Both the position numbers and the translations under genes were made by a program. From the IMG/VR virus record IMGVR_UViG_3300010883_023988, positions 1,956 to 65,955 of that record: 64,000 nucleotides of DNA; one strand, 5' to 3'. Source of the DNA: a virus (taxonomy: Duplodnaviria; Caudoviricetes). Position 1 is the first letter of the stretch. Each line of letters opens with the position of its first letter. A model generated the notes under the pieces. It did not search any database, was not told where the DNA came from, and saw nothing but the letters and a program-made list of their open reading frames with translations. Positions 54,050 to 62,565 of this stretch are shown here, piece by piece.

Positions 54050-54859
54050 ATGAAAAAATCCAACAAGAAAAAGAATAAGGCTCAGCCCCCTCTCCGAAAG
54101 TGGCCGAATTTTTTTAAGTTTCTTGAAGAGAACAACTACCCAGAAGGTACAATAAACAGCCTTACTGACGAGCCAGACCAGCAAAGAATAGATAAAGCTC
54201 AAAAAAGAAGAGGCAAAGCTCGAAGAGGTGAACAAATAGAATGGCGTAGAGTACAGAACGAGAATAAACTCGTGGGAGTAGATAGAAAAATAATTGGAGA
54301 CGAGAAGGCGTTAGAGTATAGTTATAAATACTATAAAACAGAAGACTGGAAAAGTAGGAGTCTACAGTTAAAAGAAGAGGCGGGTAACTCTTGCCGTAAG
54401 TGCGGGCAACAAGGTGGCATTTTAACAATGCACCATATGACTTACGCTTATAGACCCCATACTGAACCAGAAGAAATTTTAGAATGTGTGTGTCAATCTT
54501 GTCATATATTAATTCATGAAATAAATAAGATTGTTAACGGCCACTATAGTGAGGGTCTTGATCACCCCGTTCATGTCATTGATAGGCTAAACTATGTGAA
54601 GATAATAGAGGCGATAGATAACCGTGCCCCTTGGCTAATTGAAAATAACGATTTTGAAAATGTAAGGATTTTGGTGGTGGTGGGTCAATTCGTCTCGGCG
54701 ACGAACAGCAAATTATCATATCTTCAGAAAAAAGTTGATGAGTTTCTAGACTTAGAAAAACTTAATAAAGTGCATAACGACATCAAGGAACTAGTTAGAG
54801 AAAAAGAAGAAGATCAAAGCCTTAAACTATGGCGACTCAATGCCCCACATCTTATGTGA
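54050..54859 (+). CDS. Protein with central HNH domain
   Basis: CRKCG...LTMHHMTY...VCQSCH..IH. Confidence 0.7.
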   Translation: MKKSNKKKNKAQPPLRKWPNFFKFLEENNYPEGTINSLTDEPDQQRIDKAQKRRGKARRGEQIEWRRVQNENKLVGVDRKIIGDEKALEYSYKYYKTEDWKSRSLQLKEEAGNSCRKCGQQGGILTMHHMTYAYRPHTEPEEILECVCQSCHILIHEINKIVNGHYSEGLDHPVHVIDRLNYVKIIEAIDNRAPWLIENNDFENVRILVVVGQFVSATNSKLSYLQKKVDEFLDLEKLNKVHNDIKELVREKEEDQSLKLWRLNAPHLM

Positions 54860-54865
54860 TTAATA

Positions 54866-56020
54866 ATGAGAATTGAGCCAGAAATAAAGCTAGACTACAA
54901 GGACGTCCTCTTGCGACCCAAGCGTTCCGAGCTAACCTCTCGCAAGGACGTTAATCTAATGCGGGAGTTTGCTTTTAAGAATGCTGGTGGCGAAGGTGCT
55001 GACCCAAAGGCGTATGGATGGAAAGGTATTCCGATTGTCGCTTCAAATATGGATACTGTCGGGACCTTTGAAACGGCCCAAGCCCTTGCCCGATACCATA
55101 TGTTGACTTGTATTAGCAAACATCACGATTTAAAAAAATGGTTACATAAATTAAATGGTTACGGAGTTTATAAATCCCAAGAGCAAAAAGAAGGTACGGT
55201 TTGGAAGCACGACCCAAGGGGAAGGTGTTCGCAAAATAGAATTTATGAACACGTTTCTCCTTCTATTGGCATTAAATATAATGACAAAGAGCGCGATGAT
55301 ATAGATTATCTCCGTGATATTACATGGAATTTTCATCACACACGATGGGTCTGTATTGACGCAGCTAATGGATATACGTCAAGGTTTTGCGATTTTATTA
55401 AACGAGTCAGAGAAGAACATCCCGCCCTTATTATTATAGCGGGAAATGTTGTTACTGGCGAAATGACAGAGGAGATATTATTAAGTGGAGCAGACATTGT
55501 TAAAGTTGGTATTGGTGGTGGGTCTGTTTGCACTACTCGCGTGCAGACTGGTGTCGGATATCCTCAACTCAGCGCGGTCATTGAATGCGCCGACGCTGCT
55601 CACGGGATTGGTGGGCATATTATGGCTGATGGCGGTTGTTGTTGCGCTGGGGACGTCGCAAAAGCCTTTTGTGCTGGTGCTGATTTTGTTATGCTGGGCG
55701 GTATGCTTGCTGGTCATACAGAATCGGCTGGACAAGAAGAAGTGATAGATGATGAAAAATATAAAGTCTTTTATGGAATGAGCTCCGATACAGCTATGAA
55801 GAAATATAGCGGTGGCGTTGCGAGCTATCGCTCGCCAGAGGGTAAAACCGTAAGAATAAAACATAGGGGCTTAATAAAGAATACCATTGAGAGTATCCTT
55901 GGGGGTATCCGCTCAACTTGCACCTATATTGGAGCAAGAAGCTTGAAAGATATGCCAAAGTGCGCTACCTTTGTCAGAACGACTCAACAATCAAACGAGA
56001 TTTTCGGAAAGAATACGTAA
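54866..56020 (+). CDS. guaC: GMP reductase (GuaC type 1)
   Basis: KLDYKDVLLRPKRS.L.SR, ASNMDTVG, CIDAANGY, KVGIGGGSVCTTR, YPQLSA, FYGMSS, EGK, GGIRSTCTY.GA. Confidence 0.9.
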   Translation: MRIEPEIKLDYKDVLLRPKRSELTSRKDVNLMREFAFKNAGGEGADPKAYGWKGIPIVASNMDTVGTFETAQALARYHMLTCISKHHDLKKWLHKLNGYGVYKSQEQKEGTVWKHDPRGRCSQNRIYEHVSPSIGIKYNDKERDDIDYLRDITWNFHHTRWVCIDAANGYTSRFCDFIKRVREEHPALIIIAGNVVTGEMTEEILLSGADIVKVGIGGGSVCTTRVQTGVGYPQLSAVIECADAAHGIGGHIMADGGCCCAGDVAKAFCAGADFVMLGGMLAGHTESAGQEEVIDDEKYKVFYGMSSDTAMKKYSGGVASYRSPEGKTVRIKHRGLIKNTIESILGGIRSTCTYIGARSLKDMPKCATFVRTTQQSNEIFGKNT

Positions 56021-56032
56021 AATAAAAGATTT

Positions 56033-56233
56033 ATGAAAACAAAATTATCACTTAGAACTAGGAATAATAGTCCAAATCATCACATTTATTTAAATAATGG
56101 AACTTGGTGTGTAGGCTTCACGGTTCATCATTCCGATTTTACCTCCGAAAGAGTTAGAAAAAGCCTTTCAACTCATGATGTTGAGGTAGCTAGGCGAAGA
56201 AGAGACGAAATATTAAAATTTTATGGTAAATGA
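56033..56233 (+). CDS. Small basic protein resembling an arm-type DNA-binding domain
   Basis: NHHIYLNNGTW...R.RKSL.T...ARRRRD. Confidence 0.5.
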   Translation: MKTKLSLRTRNNSPNHHIYLNNGTWCVGFTVHHSDFTSERVRKSLSTHDVEVARRRRDEILKFYGK

Positions 56234-56271
56234 TTTGATTTCTTTAGCTTTTGCATTAAAATTAATTAATA

Positions 56272-56691
56272 ATGTATGGCTCAGAAGCGGATATGTATGA
56301 CGAGTTAGCAAACGACATGGATTTTCACGAATCTAACAAGATGGCGAAAGAAGACTTAGGCGAGCGCAAGACCGTACTGGTCGATGTTGATGAAACTATA
56401 TGCTTTTATCCAAAAAAGCGTCAATATAACTTGGCTAAACCCAATGAGGAAAATATAGCTAAGATTAATAAGCTTTACCACGAAGGTTGGAAAGTAATTT
56501 ACTGGACGGCGAGAGGTGGCTCTGAAAAATCCAAGAAGGAGGAGAGATGTTATTACGACTTTACTTGGAAACAGTTAGAATCGTGGGGGTGTAAATTCCA
56601 CGATTTATCGACTGGGTCGAAAGGCAAGTATATAAAACCGCCCAACAACTTAGTTGTTGACGATAAAGCCAAGAGAATCGAGGAACTATAA
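56272..56691 (+). CDS. HAD-superfamily phosphatase (capsule-phosphatase-like)
   Basis: LVDVDETI (DxD), YWTARG, KP...VDDKA; preceded by TTGATT-16-TAAAAT (56235-56262). Confidence 0.75.
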   Translation: MYGSEADMYDELANDMDFHESNKMAKEDLGERKTVLVDVDETICFYPKKRQYNLAKPNEENIAKINKLYHEGWKVIYWTARGGSEKSKKEERCYYDFTWKQLESWGCKFHDLSTGSKGKYIKPPNNLVVDDKAKRIEEL

Positions 56692-56696
56692 CGCTC

Positions 56697-57053
56697 ATGC
56701 CTAAAAAATCCCAATTCCCTAAGCACGTACATTTGTCGTATTTGAAAATCGAATTGAAGTTACTTGATAGTGAATTAAGCTACCAAGTAGCGGATCAACA
56801 GGGCTCGTTTGTCGAGAAGCCTCCCGTTACAATTTATCTAGATAAGGGAATAATTGAGGATGGCGGGCTTGACGCGGTAAACTTAGTGATTCACGAGATG
56901 TGTCACGCTATAGAATATTTGACTCAGCTAACGAACCTTAGCTTAACAGACCCAAACAGAGCGGAAGAGGGAAGAGTTAACGCTTACAGTAACCATATGA
57001 CAGAGTTGATAAGCAAGTCAGAGCTAAGAGATTGGATAAGGGACAATACTTAA
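56697..57053 (+). CDS. HExxH zincin-like small protein
   Basis: IHEMCHAI...EE..VN; similar layout to 49296..49664. Confidence 0.6.
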   Translation: MPKKSQFPKHVHLSYLKIELKLLDSELSYQVADQQGSFVEKPPVTIYLDKGIIEDGGLDAVNLVIHEMCHAIEYLTQLTNLSLTDPNRAEEGRVNAYSNHMTELISKSELRDWIRDNT

Positions 57054-57054
57054 A

Positions 57055-57435
57055 ATGAACACGAGTCCTCAAGATGGAGCCAAACAGTGGGTAGACTTAG
57101 CTCCTGACATTTGTCGCCAACGACTAATCGTAGAAGGGACACTCCATAACGTTTTTTTGCCAGCAGACATAACCCGCTACGCAAAGGACATTAGTAATGT
57201 CTTAAATATGGAATTAGTTACTTCTCCCGTCTTAAATCACGAGCCAAAATATGGATGGTGCGCCTTTGTTCATTGGAAAGAGAGCGGGATGCATATTTAT
57301 ACTTGGGATAACAGAGAGCCGACTTTCTTTTCTGTGGATATTTATACTTGTAAAGCTTTTGACCCTATGGACGCGGTAAGATATACGGAGGAATTTTTTG
57401 GAGACAATTTGATAAAATTAAGCTGGAAAGAATAA
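57055..57435 (+). CDS. S-adenosylmethionine decarboxylase-like pyruvoyl proenzyme
   Basis: YGW...WKE/SGMHIYTW...FSVDIYTCK aligns with the ESHISIHTWPE...VDVFTC pattern. Confidence 0.7.
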   Translation: MNTSPQDGAKQWVDLAPDICRQRLIVEGTLHNVFLPADITRYAKDISNVLNMELVTSPVLNHEPKYGWCAFVHWKESGMHIYTWDNREPTFFSVDIYTCKAFDPMDAVRYTEEFFGDNLIKLSWKE

Positions 57436-58550
57436 TGAAAAGAATAGTTGTATTTGGTATCGGAAGGATGGGGACAGCAATCTCTTACGCCATGTCTAAA
57501 TTGGGGTATTACGTGATTGGGGTTGATACTAGCAATGAGGCAGCTCAAAATTTCAGAAAGCAAATCCCCGATGGAGATAAGGGAATCTTTTATAATTGTG
57601 ATACGGAAGACTACGAAAATTTATTAGTTCGGTTTGAGAGCCCCGAAGTTGTAATTAGCAGTCTTCCTTATCACCAAAATCAACCCTTGGCTGAATTTTG
57701 TATAGACAATGGGGTAAGATATTGCGATTTGGGAGGAAGAGTAGATGTTTCGGAGAATATAAATCAATACGCTCTAGATCACGCGGAAAAACCTACAATG
57801 ACAGACCTCGGCCTAGCCCCAGGCTGGGTAAATATTCTAGCTGAAGAAGGCTATAGGCGTTTGCATGGCGAAGCCGATAAGGTAAGCGTAAAAATGATGG
57901 TAGGAGGATTACCTAGTTTTTTGAAAAGCGATAAAAATCCACTAAGATATGGGATTACTTGGTCGTTAGACGGGCTAATTAATGAGTATAGAGATGACTG
58001 CGTTATTTTAGAGGGTGGAAGCATTAAGACAGTTAAGGGTATGGATGGGTTAGAGTTAGTCGAAACGGATAGCCTAGGCCAGCTTGAGGCTTTTTATACT
58101 TCTGGGGGGGCGTCTCATTCAATTTCTTCAATGAAGGCTCGCGGGGTAGAAGACTGTTCGTACAAGACTTTAAGGTATAGGGGTCACAGGGACATAGTAA
58201 GATTCTTAATAAGGGATTGCGGGCTAGACGACGATACATTAAACAAAATTTTTGTTGATGGCTGTGGGTTCGTAGATGACGACGAAGTCATTGTTTTAGC
58301 CAACGTGAAAAAAGACGATAAAACATGGGCTAAGGAAAAACTAATTCGTTCAGATAAAAGTTTCTCGGCAATGCAGAAGGCAACAGCTTTCCCAATTTCT
58401 TCTGTTGCTGCATTATTAGCAGAGGGAGTTTTTGATGGGGACAAGCCTCAGGGTAAAGATCACTACGCTCAATATCCTAGGAGTTTATCGTATAGGGACA
58501 TCCCTTATGATTTTTTTAATACAAATTTAAACAAACTTCTTGGAGAATGA
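57435..58550 (+). CDS. Saccharopine dehydrogenase family, lysine 6-dehydrogenase-like
   Basis: GIGRMG, SSLPY, YCDLGG, GLAPG, TWSLDGLINEY, LEAFYTSGG, YKTLRYRGH; TAATG overlap with the upstream gene. Confidence 0.85.
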   Translation: MKRIVVFGIGRMGTAISYAMSKLGYYVIGVDTSNEAAQNFRKQIPDGDKGIFYNCDTEDYENLLVRFESPEVVISSLPYHQNQPLAEFCIDNGVRYCDLGGRVDVSENINQYALDHAEKPTMTDLGLAPGWVNILAEEGYRRLHGEADKVSVKMMVGGLPSFLKSDKNPLRYGITWSLDGLINEYRDDCVILEGGSIKTVKGMDGLELVETDSLGQLEAFYTSGGASHSISSMKARGVEDCSYKTLRYRGHRDIVRFLIRDCGLDDDTLNKIFVDGCGFVDDDEVIVLANVKKDDKTWAKEKLIRSDKSFSAMQKATAFPISSVAALLAEGVFDGDKPQGKDHYAQYPRSLSYRDIPYDFFNTNLNKLLGE

Positions 58551-58551
58551 C

Positions 58552-59109
58552 ATGAGGTTGGATCATATAGCTTATAGGGTAGGAAACAGGTATAAGACAG
58601 CGGACTTCTTCACTGAGGCTTTTGGGTACGCTCTTGGAGCCGAATTCCAAATCAGTTTTGATGACGGTTCTGAAGCTGATTGTGTGGCCTTAGTACCACC
58701 GGAGGCAAGACATCCAGAGACTGATCTTTGGACGTATTTTTCTTTACAAGCTATACCTTCTGAAGATAGCAAGAAGCTAGAGTATCATGCTCCTCCAGAA
58801 ATTTTTATTAGCGATGGCCCAGAAGGTTCTATTGTGGGGGAGTGGGTTAATGATCGTGGGGGCGTAGGGGGAATACATCACATGGCGTATCAAGTGAAGG
58901 ATGTTAAATCGACTATGCATAGTTGGAGGCGGTTGGGGTACGCCGAATTCCTTTCTGACGAGCCCTTGGAATGTCCAGGTCTTAAACAGGTTTTTACCAA
59001 ACCTTCTAAGCTAACGGGGATTATATATGAACTTATTAATAGAACAGGTAAAGGATTTTGTGAGGACAATGTTAAAGCTCTCATGGAAAGCACCAAGAAA
59101 TTATCATAA
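58552..59109 (+). CDS. VOC-fold Fe(II) dioxygenase equal to a stand-alone HPPD/HmaS C-terminal catalytic domain
   Basis: LDHIAY (His), GIHHMAY (His), YELINR (Glu), QVFTKP and a terminal GF...NVKALMES helix. ATG 1 nt after the upstream stop. Confidence 0.75.
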   Translation: MRLDHIAYRVGNRYKTADFFTEAFGYALGAEFQISFDDGSEADCVALVPPEARHPETDLWTYFSLQAIPSEDSKKLEYHAPPEIFISDGPEGSIVGEWVNDRGGVGGIHHMAYQVKDVKSTMHSWRRLGYAEFLSDEPLECPGLKQVFTKPSKLTGIIYELINRTGKGFCEDNVKALMESTKKLS

Positions 59110-59110
59110 C

Positions 59111-60643
59111 ATGGAATTTGAGGGAAGAAATTTTGTAAATGGAGAGTGGGAAATAGGCAGTGAGTTTTACAGTAAAATTAACCCTGCTACGGGCAAGGTT
59201 CAAGGAGCTTTTCCGCTAACTGATAAGCTAGGCGTTAGCCAAGCTATTTTATCAGCCAGAAAAGCTTTTAAAAAATGGAGAAAGGTAAGTAGGTTTGTTC
59301 GTTCTGACTACATGAATAAGGTAGCCAAGCTAATCGAAGAAAGAAAAGAAAGGTTGGCTACAGTAATATCGCTAGAGACAGGAAAAAACTATAACGAAAG
59401 CATTGCAGAGGTTAACGAAGCGCTTCATATGGCGCAATTTGCCTTCGGTTCTGGGCGATGTCCTCACGGAGAAGCTGTGTCTTCAGAGATTGAGGATAAA
59501 GATTCCTATATGCTTCGTAAGCCGAAGGGCGTAATAGGTATCATAACACCGTTTAATTTTCCTTTAGCAATTGGGATGTTTTGGAACGCAGCCCCTGCAA
59601 TTGTTGAGGGCAATACTATTGTAATTAAACCTAGCGAAGACGCACCAATGTCTACGCAAATGGCTGTGCAAATCTACGAGGACGCTGGCATCCCTTGCGG
59701 AGTCGTTAATCTGGTGCATGGTCGTGGCGACACTGGTGACTTTTTGGCTCATGGTGATGTCGATCATATTTGCTTTACTGGCTCTGCCGAAGTGGGTCAG
59801 CATATTAGAAGAGTGGCAGCAGAAAGCTGGCATAAAACAACCTCTTGTGAAATGGGAAGCAAGTCCGCCTGTATCGTGTTCGACGACGTAGAAATCTCAC
59901 TAGCCCTAGAAGCTACCATAGCCAGCGCCTTCAAGCTTTCTGGTCAGAGATGCGTTTCTTCTAGTAGAATTTTAGTTCAAAGAACTATTTATGATGATTT
60001 TGCGCGACGATTTGCGGAAGAAGCTTCCAAGCTTAGGACAGGGAATCCGTTCAAAAAGATAGTGAAGTCTACCGGAATGCCTGAAGTCGTAGCTTGGGAT
60101 GAATGGGTTCCAAACGAAGAAATGTATTACGGCCCAATTATAAACGAGCAGGGGTTTCACAAAATCCGCCGTTATAACAAAATGGTTTTCGATGCTCCTA
60201 GTGCGGAAGTGGTTCTTTCCCCAGTCTACACGGGGGAGGGTGGCTCTTATTACAGCACACCTATGGTTTACAAAAGTGAATGGAGGGGACACGATGCGCC
60301 ATATTTAAGAGAAGAAGTATTCGGCCCGCACGTTGCCATCGTGCCGTTCGACACCCTAGAAGATGCGATTAGGATTTATAATGATACTGATTATGGTCTT
60401 GCGGTTGGGGTTCTTACTAATGATTTCCGAAAAGCGCGAATCCTCCGAGACGAATGTGAGGCAGGGATGATTTACTGGAATGGGGGGTCGATTGCTGCCG
60501 AGTCTCATCTGGCGTTTGGCGGAGTCAAGAAGTCTGGAAATGGTTTTCCTAGCGCAGCGAGAACCTTTAGAGCGGTGACGCACGAAATTAGCTGGACCGT
60601 TAACTACGCTGATCACCTCACTTTTCCCCAAGGTATGAAATGA
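59111..60643 (+). CDS. Aldehyde dehydrogenase
   Basis: PFNFP, KPSE, FTGS..VG, EMGSKS (Glu), GQRC (Cys), EEVFGP, FGGVKKSG. Start refined to MEFEG, 1 nt after the upstream stop. Confidence 0.92.
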   Translation: MEFEGRNFVNGEWEIGSEFYSKINPATGKVQGAFPLTDKLGVSQAILSARKAFKKWRKVSRFVRSDYMNKVAKLIEERKERLATVISLETGKNYNESIAEVNEALHMAQFAFGSGRCPHGEAVSSEIEDKDSYMLRKPKGVIGIITPFNFPLAIGMFWNAAPAIVEGNTIVIKPSEDAPMSTQMAVQIYEDAGIPCGVVNLVHGRGDTGDFLAHGDVDHICFTGSAEVGQHIRRVAAESWHKTTSCEMGSKSACIVFDDVEISLALEATIASAFKLSGQRCVSSSRILVQRTIYDDFARRFAEEASKLRTGNPFKKIVKSTGMPEVVAWDEWVPNEEMYYGPIINEQGFHKIRRYNKMVFDAPSAEVVLSPVYTGEGGSYYSTPMVYKSEWRGHDAPYLREEVFGPHVAIVPFDTLEDAIRIYNDTDYGLAVGVLTNDFRKARILRDECEAGMIYWNGGSIAAESHLAFGGVKKSGNGFPSAARTFRAVTHEISWTVNYADHLTFPQGMK

Positions 60644-60885
60644 GACTTTTTTTGTTTAAGCTTTTTTCTAATATAGCTTTTTACTTTTTTCCATGTAAAG
60701 ATCGCGCTAGAATGATGAAGGAGAATTGCCAAAACCATATTCGTTTCTACGAAATAGATTCTCACATGAACTCCTGTTCTCGACCTAGGACGGAGACTCA
60801 TGAATGGCGCACTTCTGGTGGGACGAATCGCCGTAATTATACTGACTACGATGAAGCCCAAGCTTACCATGATGGTAAAAAATAA
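60640..60885 (+). CDS. Hypothetical protein
   Basis: ATGA overlap with the ALDH stop. Confidence 0.5.
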   Translation: MRLFLFKLFSNIAFYFFPCKDRARMMKENCQNHIRFYEIDSHMNSCSRPRTETHEWRTSGGTNRRNYTDYDEAQAYHDGKK

Positions 60886-60893
60886 TATTAAGT

Positions 60894-61169
60894 TTAATTA
60901 TTTTCCCATTCTTTCAATTCTTCCGAGAGTCGTTTAGAGCGATTCTCGGCTTCTAGGAGGCTTTCAAATGGTCCTTCTTGTTTATTGTTCCATCCGTATA
61001 TCAACTTACTATTTTTAGAGTGCTCTTTGCAACAATAAAAATGATTGCGACCATGTGAGTTAGACCATTTCCTATGGATCAGATAATAGTCTCTATATTT
61101 GATATAATATTTGCTATCAACAACTTGTATTCTCATTTCATATGTTCTTTTCATTATATTTCCTCTCAT
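60894..61169 (-). CDS. Hypothetical protein (lone - strand gene)
   Basis: 91-aa ORF convergent with the operon end. Confidence 0.5.
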   Translation of the reverse strand: MRGNIMKRTYEMRIQVVDSKYYIKYRDYYLIHRKWSNSHGRNHFYCCKEHSKNSKLIYGWNNKQEGPFESLLEAENRSKRLSEELKEWENN

Positions 61170-61319
61170 TAAGTATCGAAACCGCCAAGGAATTTGGGGT
61201 AACTATTTTCTTCTATCCCATAAACCGTTACTCAGATTGGAAGTGGGAAAATTTTTTCCAAAAAAAAGAACTCTTAAGAGCGAAGGAGGTGTAAAATAAC
61301 TTGAGGAGAATTGGAAAAA

Positions 61320-61469
61320 ATGCCCCTAACCCCCAGACCAAGCAGCCATAACCCTTTTAACGTAGAGTTGGTAAAATACTTCAATAAAGCAGAAGGCAGG
61401 GAGCAAATAATATTCCTCTACATTTGCAAGGATACAAATAAAATTGTCAAACATCGAGTCCTAAGATAA
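61320..61469 (+). CDS. Hypothetical protein, 49 aa (not in ORF track)
   Basis: MPLTPRPSSHNPFNVELVKYFNKAEGREQIIFLYICKDTNKIVKHRVLR with GAGGAG upstream. Confidence 0.4.
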   Translation: MPLTPRPSSHNPFNVELVKYFNKAEGREQIIFLYICKDTNKIVKHRVLR

Positions 61470-61482
61470 ATTAAGGAATCCC

Positions 61483-61511
61483 TTGATGTAGCCCCACAAA
61501 AGAGTTAAAAT
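61483..61511 (+). promoter_or_regulatory. sigma70-like promoter
   Basis: TTGATG-17-TAAAAT, 7 nt before the ATG at 61519. Confidence 0.6.
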
Positions 61512-61518
61512 ATGGTGC

Positions 61519-62565
61519 ATGAAGCTAATTTGCAGAGTTGCTCCAGACGAATCGACATCCAGACTTTCGGAGGCTTTCGATTATGACTTTAACGGGGAAA
61601 TCGTTACCGAAATAAACGATTTACCCGAAATACCCAAGGATTTTTCAATCGGCTTGATCGTTGGCGCGAGCGGGGCGGGAAAAACTACCCTACTCAAAAC
61701 TCTTGGAAAAATTAAAAAACCTATTTGGAATAAGGGTAAGTCTGTTTTCTCTCATTTTCCTTCCTACGAAGACGGGGTGGAAAAATTTGGAGCAGTTGGA
61801 TTCAACTCGATTCCTCAAATGTGCTTGCCGTATAACAAACTCTCAAACGGAGAGAAGTTTAGGTGTGATTTAGCTAGAGTTTTAGAAGATGGGGCGATTA
61901 TTGACGAGTTTACCTCCGTCGTAAACCGAGAAGTCGCTAAGTCAGCGTCAAATGCTATCAGAAGATACGTAGACCAGAAACAATTAAAAAAAATAGTTTT
62001 AGCATCCTGTCATTATGACATAGTAGAGTGGCTTAGACCAGATTGGGTATACAATGCCCTAACTGGCGAGATTCATTCGGGAAGGCATCTTCGGCGACCC
62101 GAAATTCAGATCGACATTCACAAAACAGACTGGAAATTGTGGAGAGTTTTTGAAAAGTTTCACTATCTAGACTCTGGCATAAATAAGGCAGCGCGTTGCT
62201 ATGCTGGGTTTTGGGATGAGCAATTGGTTGTCTTCGGAGCAGTCCTAGCTTCTCCCAATGGATATTTTAAGAATGGATGGAGAGCGCACAGGACGGTCGT
62301 CTTACCAGACTTCCAAGGAATGGGGATCGGTACTAGGTTTTCCAATGCGATAGGCCAAATGTATGTGGATGATGGGTGCAAATACTTTTCGAGGACAGCG
62401 AATCCTAGGTTCGGAAGGTACAGAGAGAACTCGTCGTTATGGAAGCCGACGACTAAGAATAGAAGGAAGAGAACAGACGTAAAGCATAAAAACGTTTTTA
62501 AAAGCCACTTCGCGGATAATAAAAGAATCTGCTGGAGTCACGAATACATAGGAAATAAAAAATGA
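61519..62565 (+). CDS. ABC-type ATPase fused to a GNAT acetyltransferase
   Basis: GASGAGKTT, LSNGEKFR, IIDEF and SCH in the N-terminal half; RTVVLPDFQGMGIG acetyl-CoA motif in the C-terminal half. Confidence 0.85.
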   Translation: MKLICRVAPDESTSRLSEAFDYDFNGEIVTEINDLPEIPKDFSIGLIVGASGAGKTTLLKTLGKIKKPIWNKGKSVFSHFPSYEDGVEKFGAVGFNSIPQMCLPYNKLSNGEKFRCDLARVLEDGAIIDEFTSVVNREVAKSASNAIRRYVDQKQLKKIVLASCHYDIVEWLRPDWVYNALTGEIHSGRHLRRPEIQIDIHKTDWKLWRVFEKFHYLDSGINKAARCYAGFWDEQLVVFGAVLASPNGYFKNGWRAHRTVVLPDFQGMGIGTRFSNAIGQMYVDDGCKYFSRTANPRFGRYRENSSLWKPTTKNRRKRTDVKHKNVFKSHFADNKRICWSHEYIGNKK

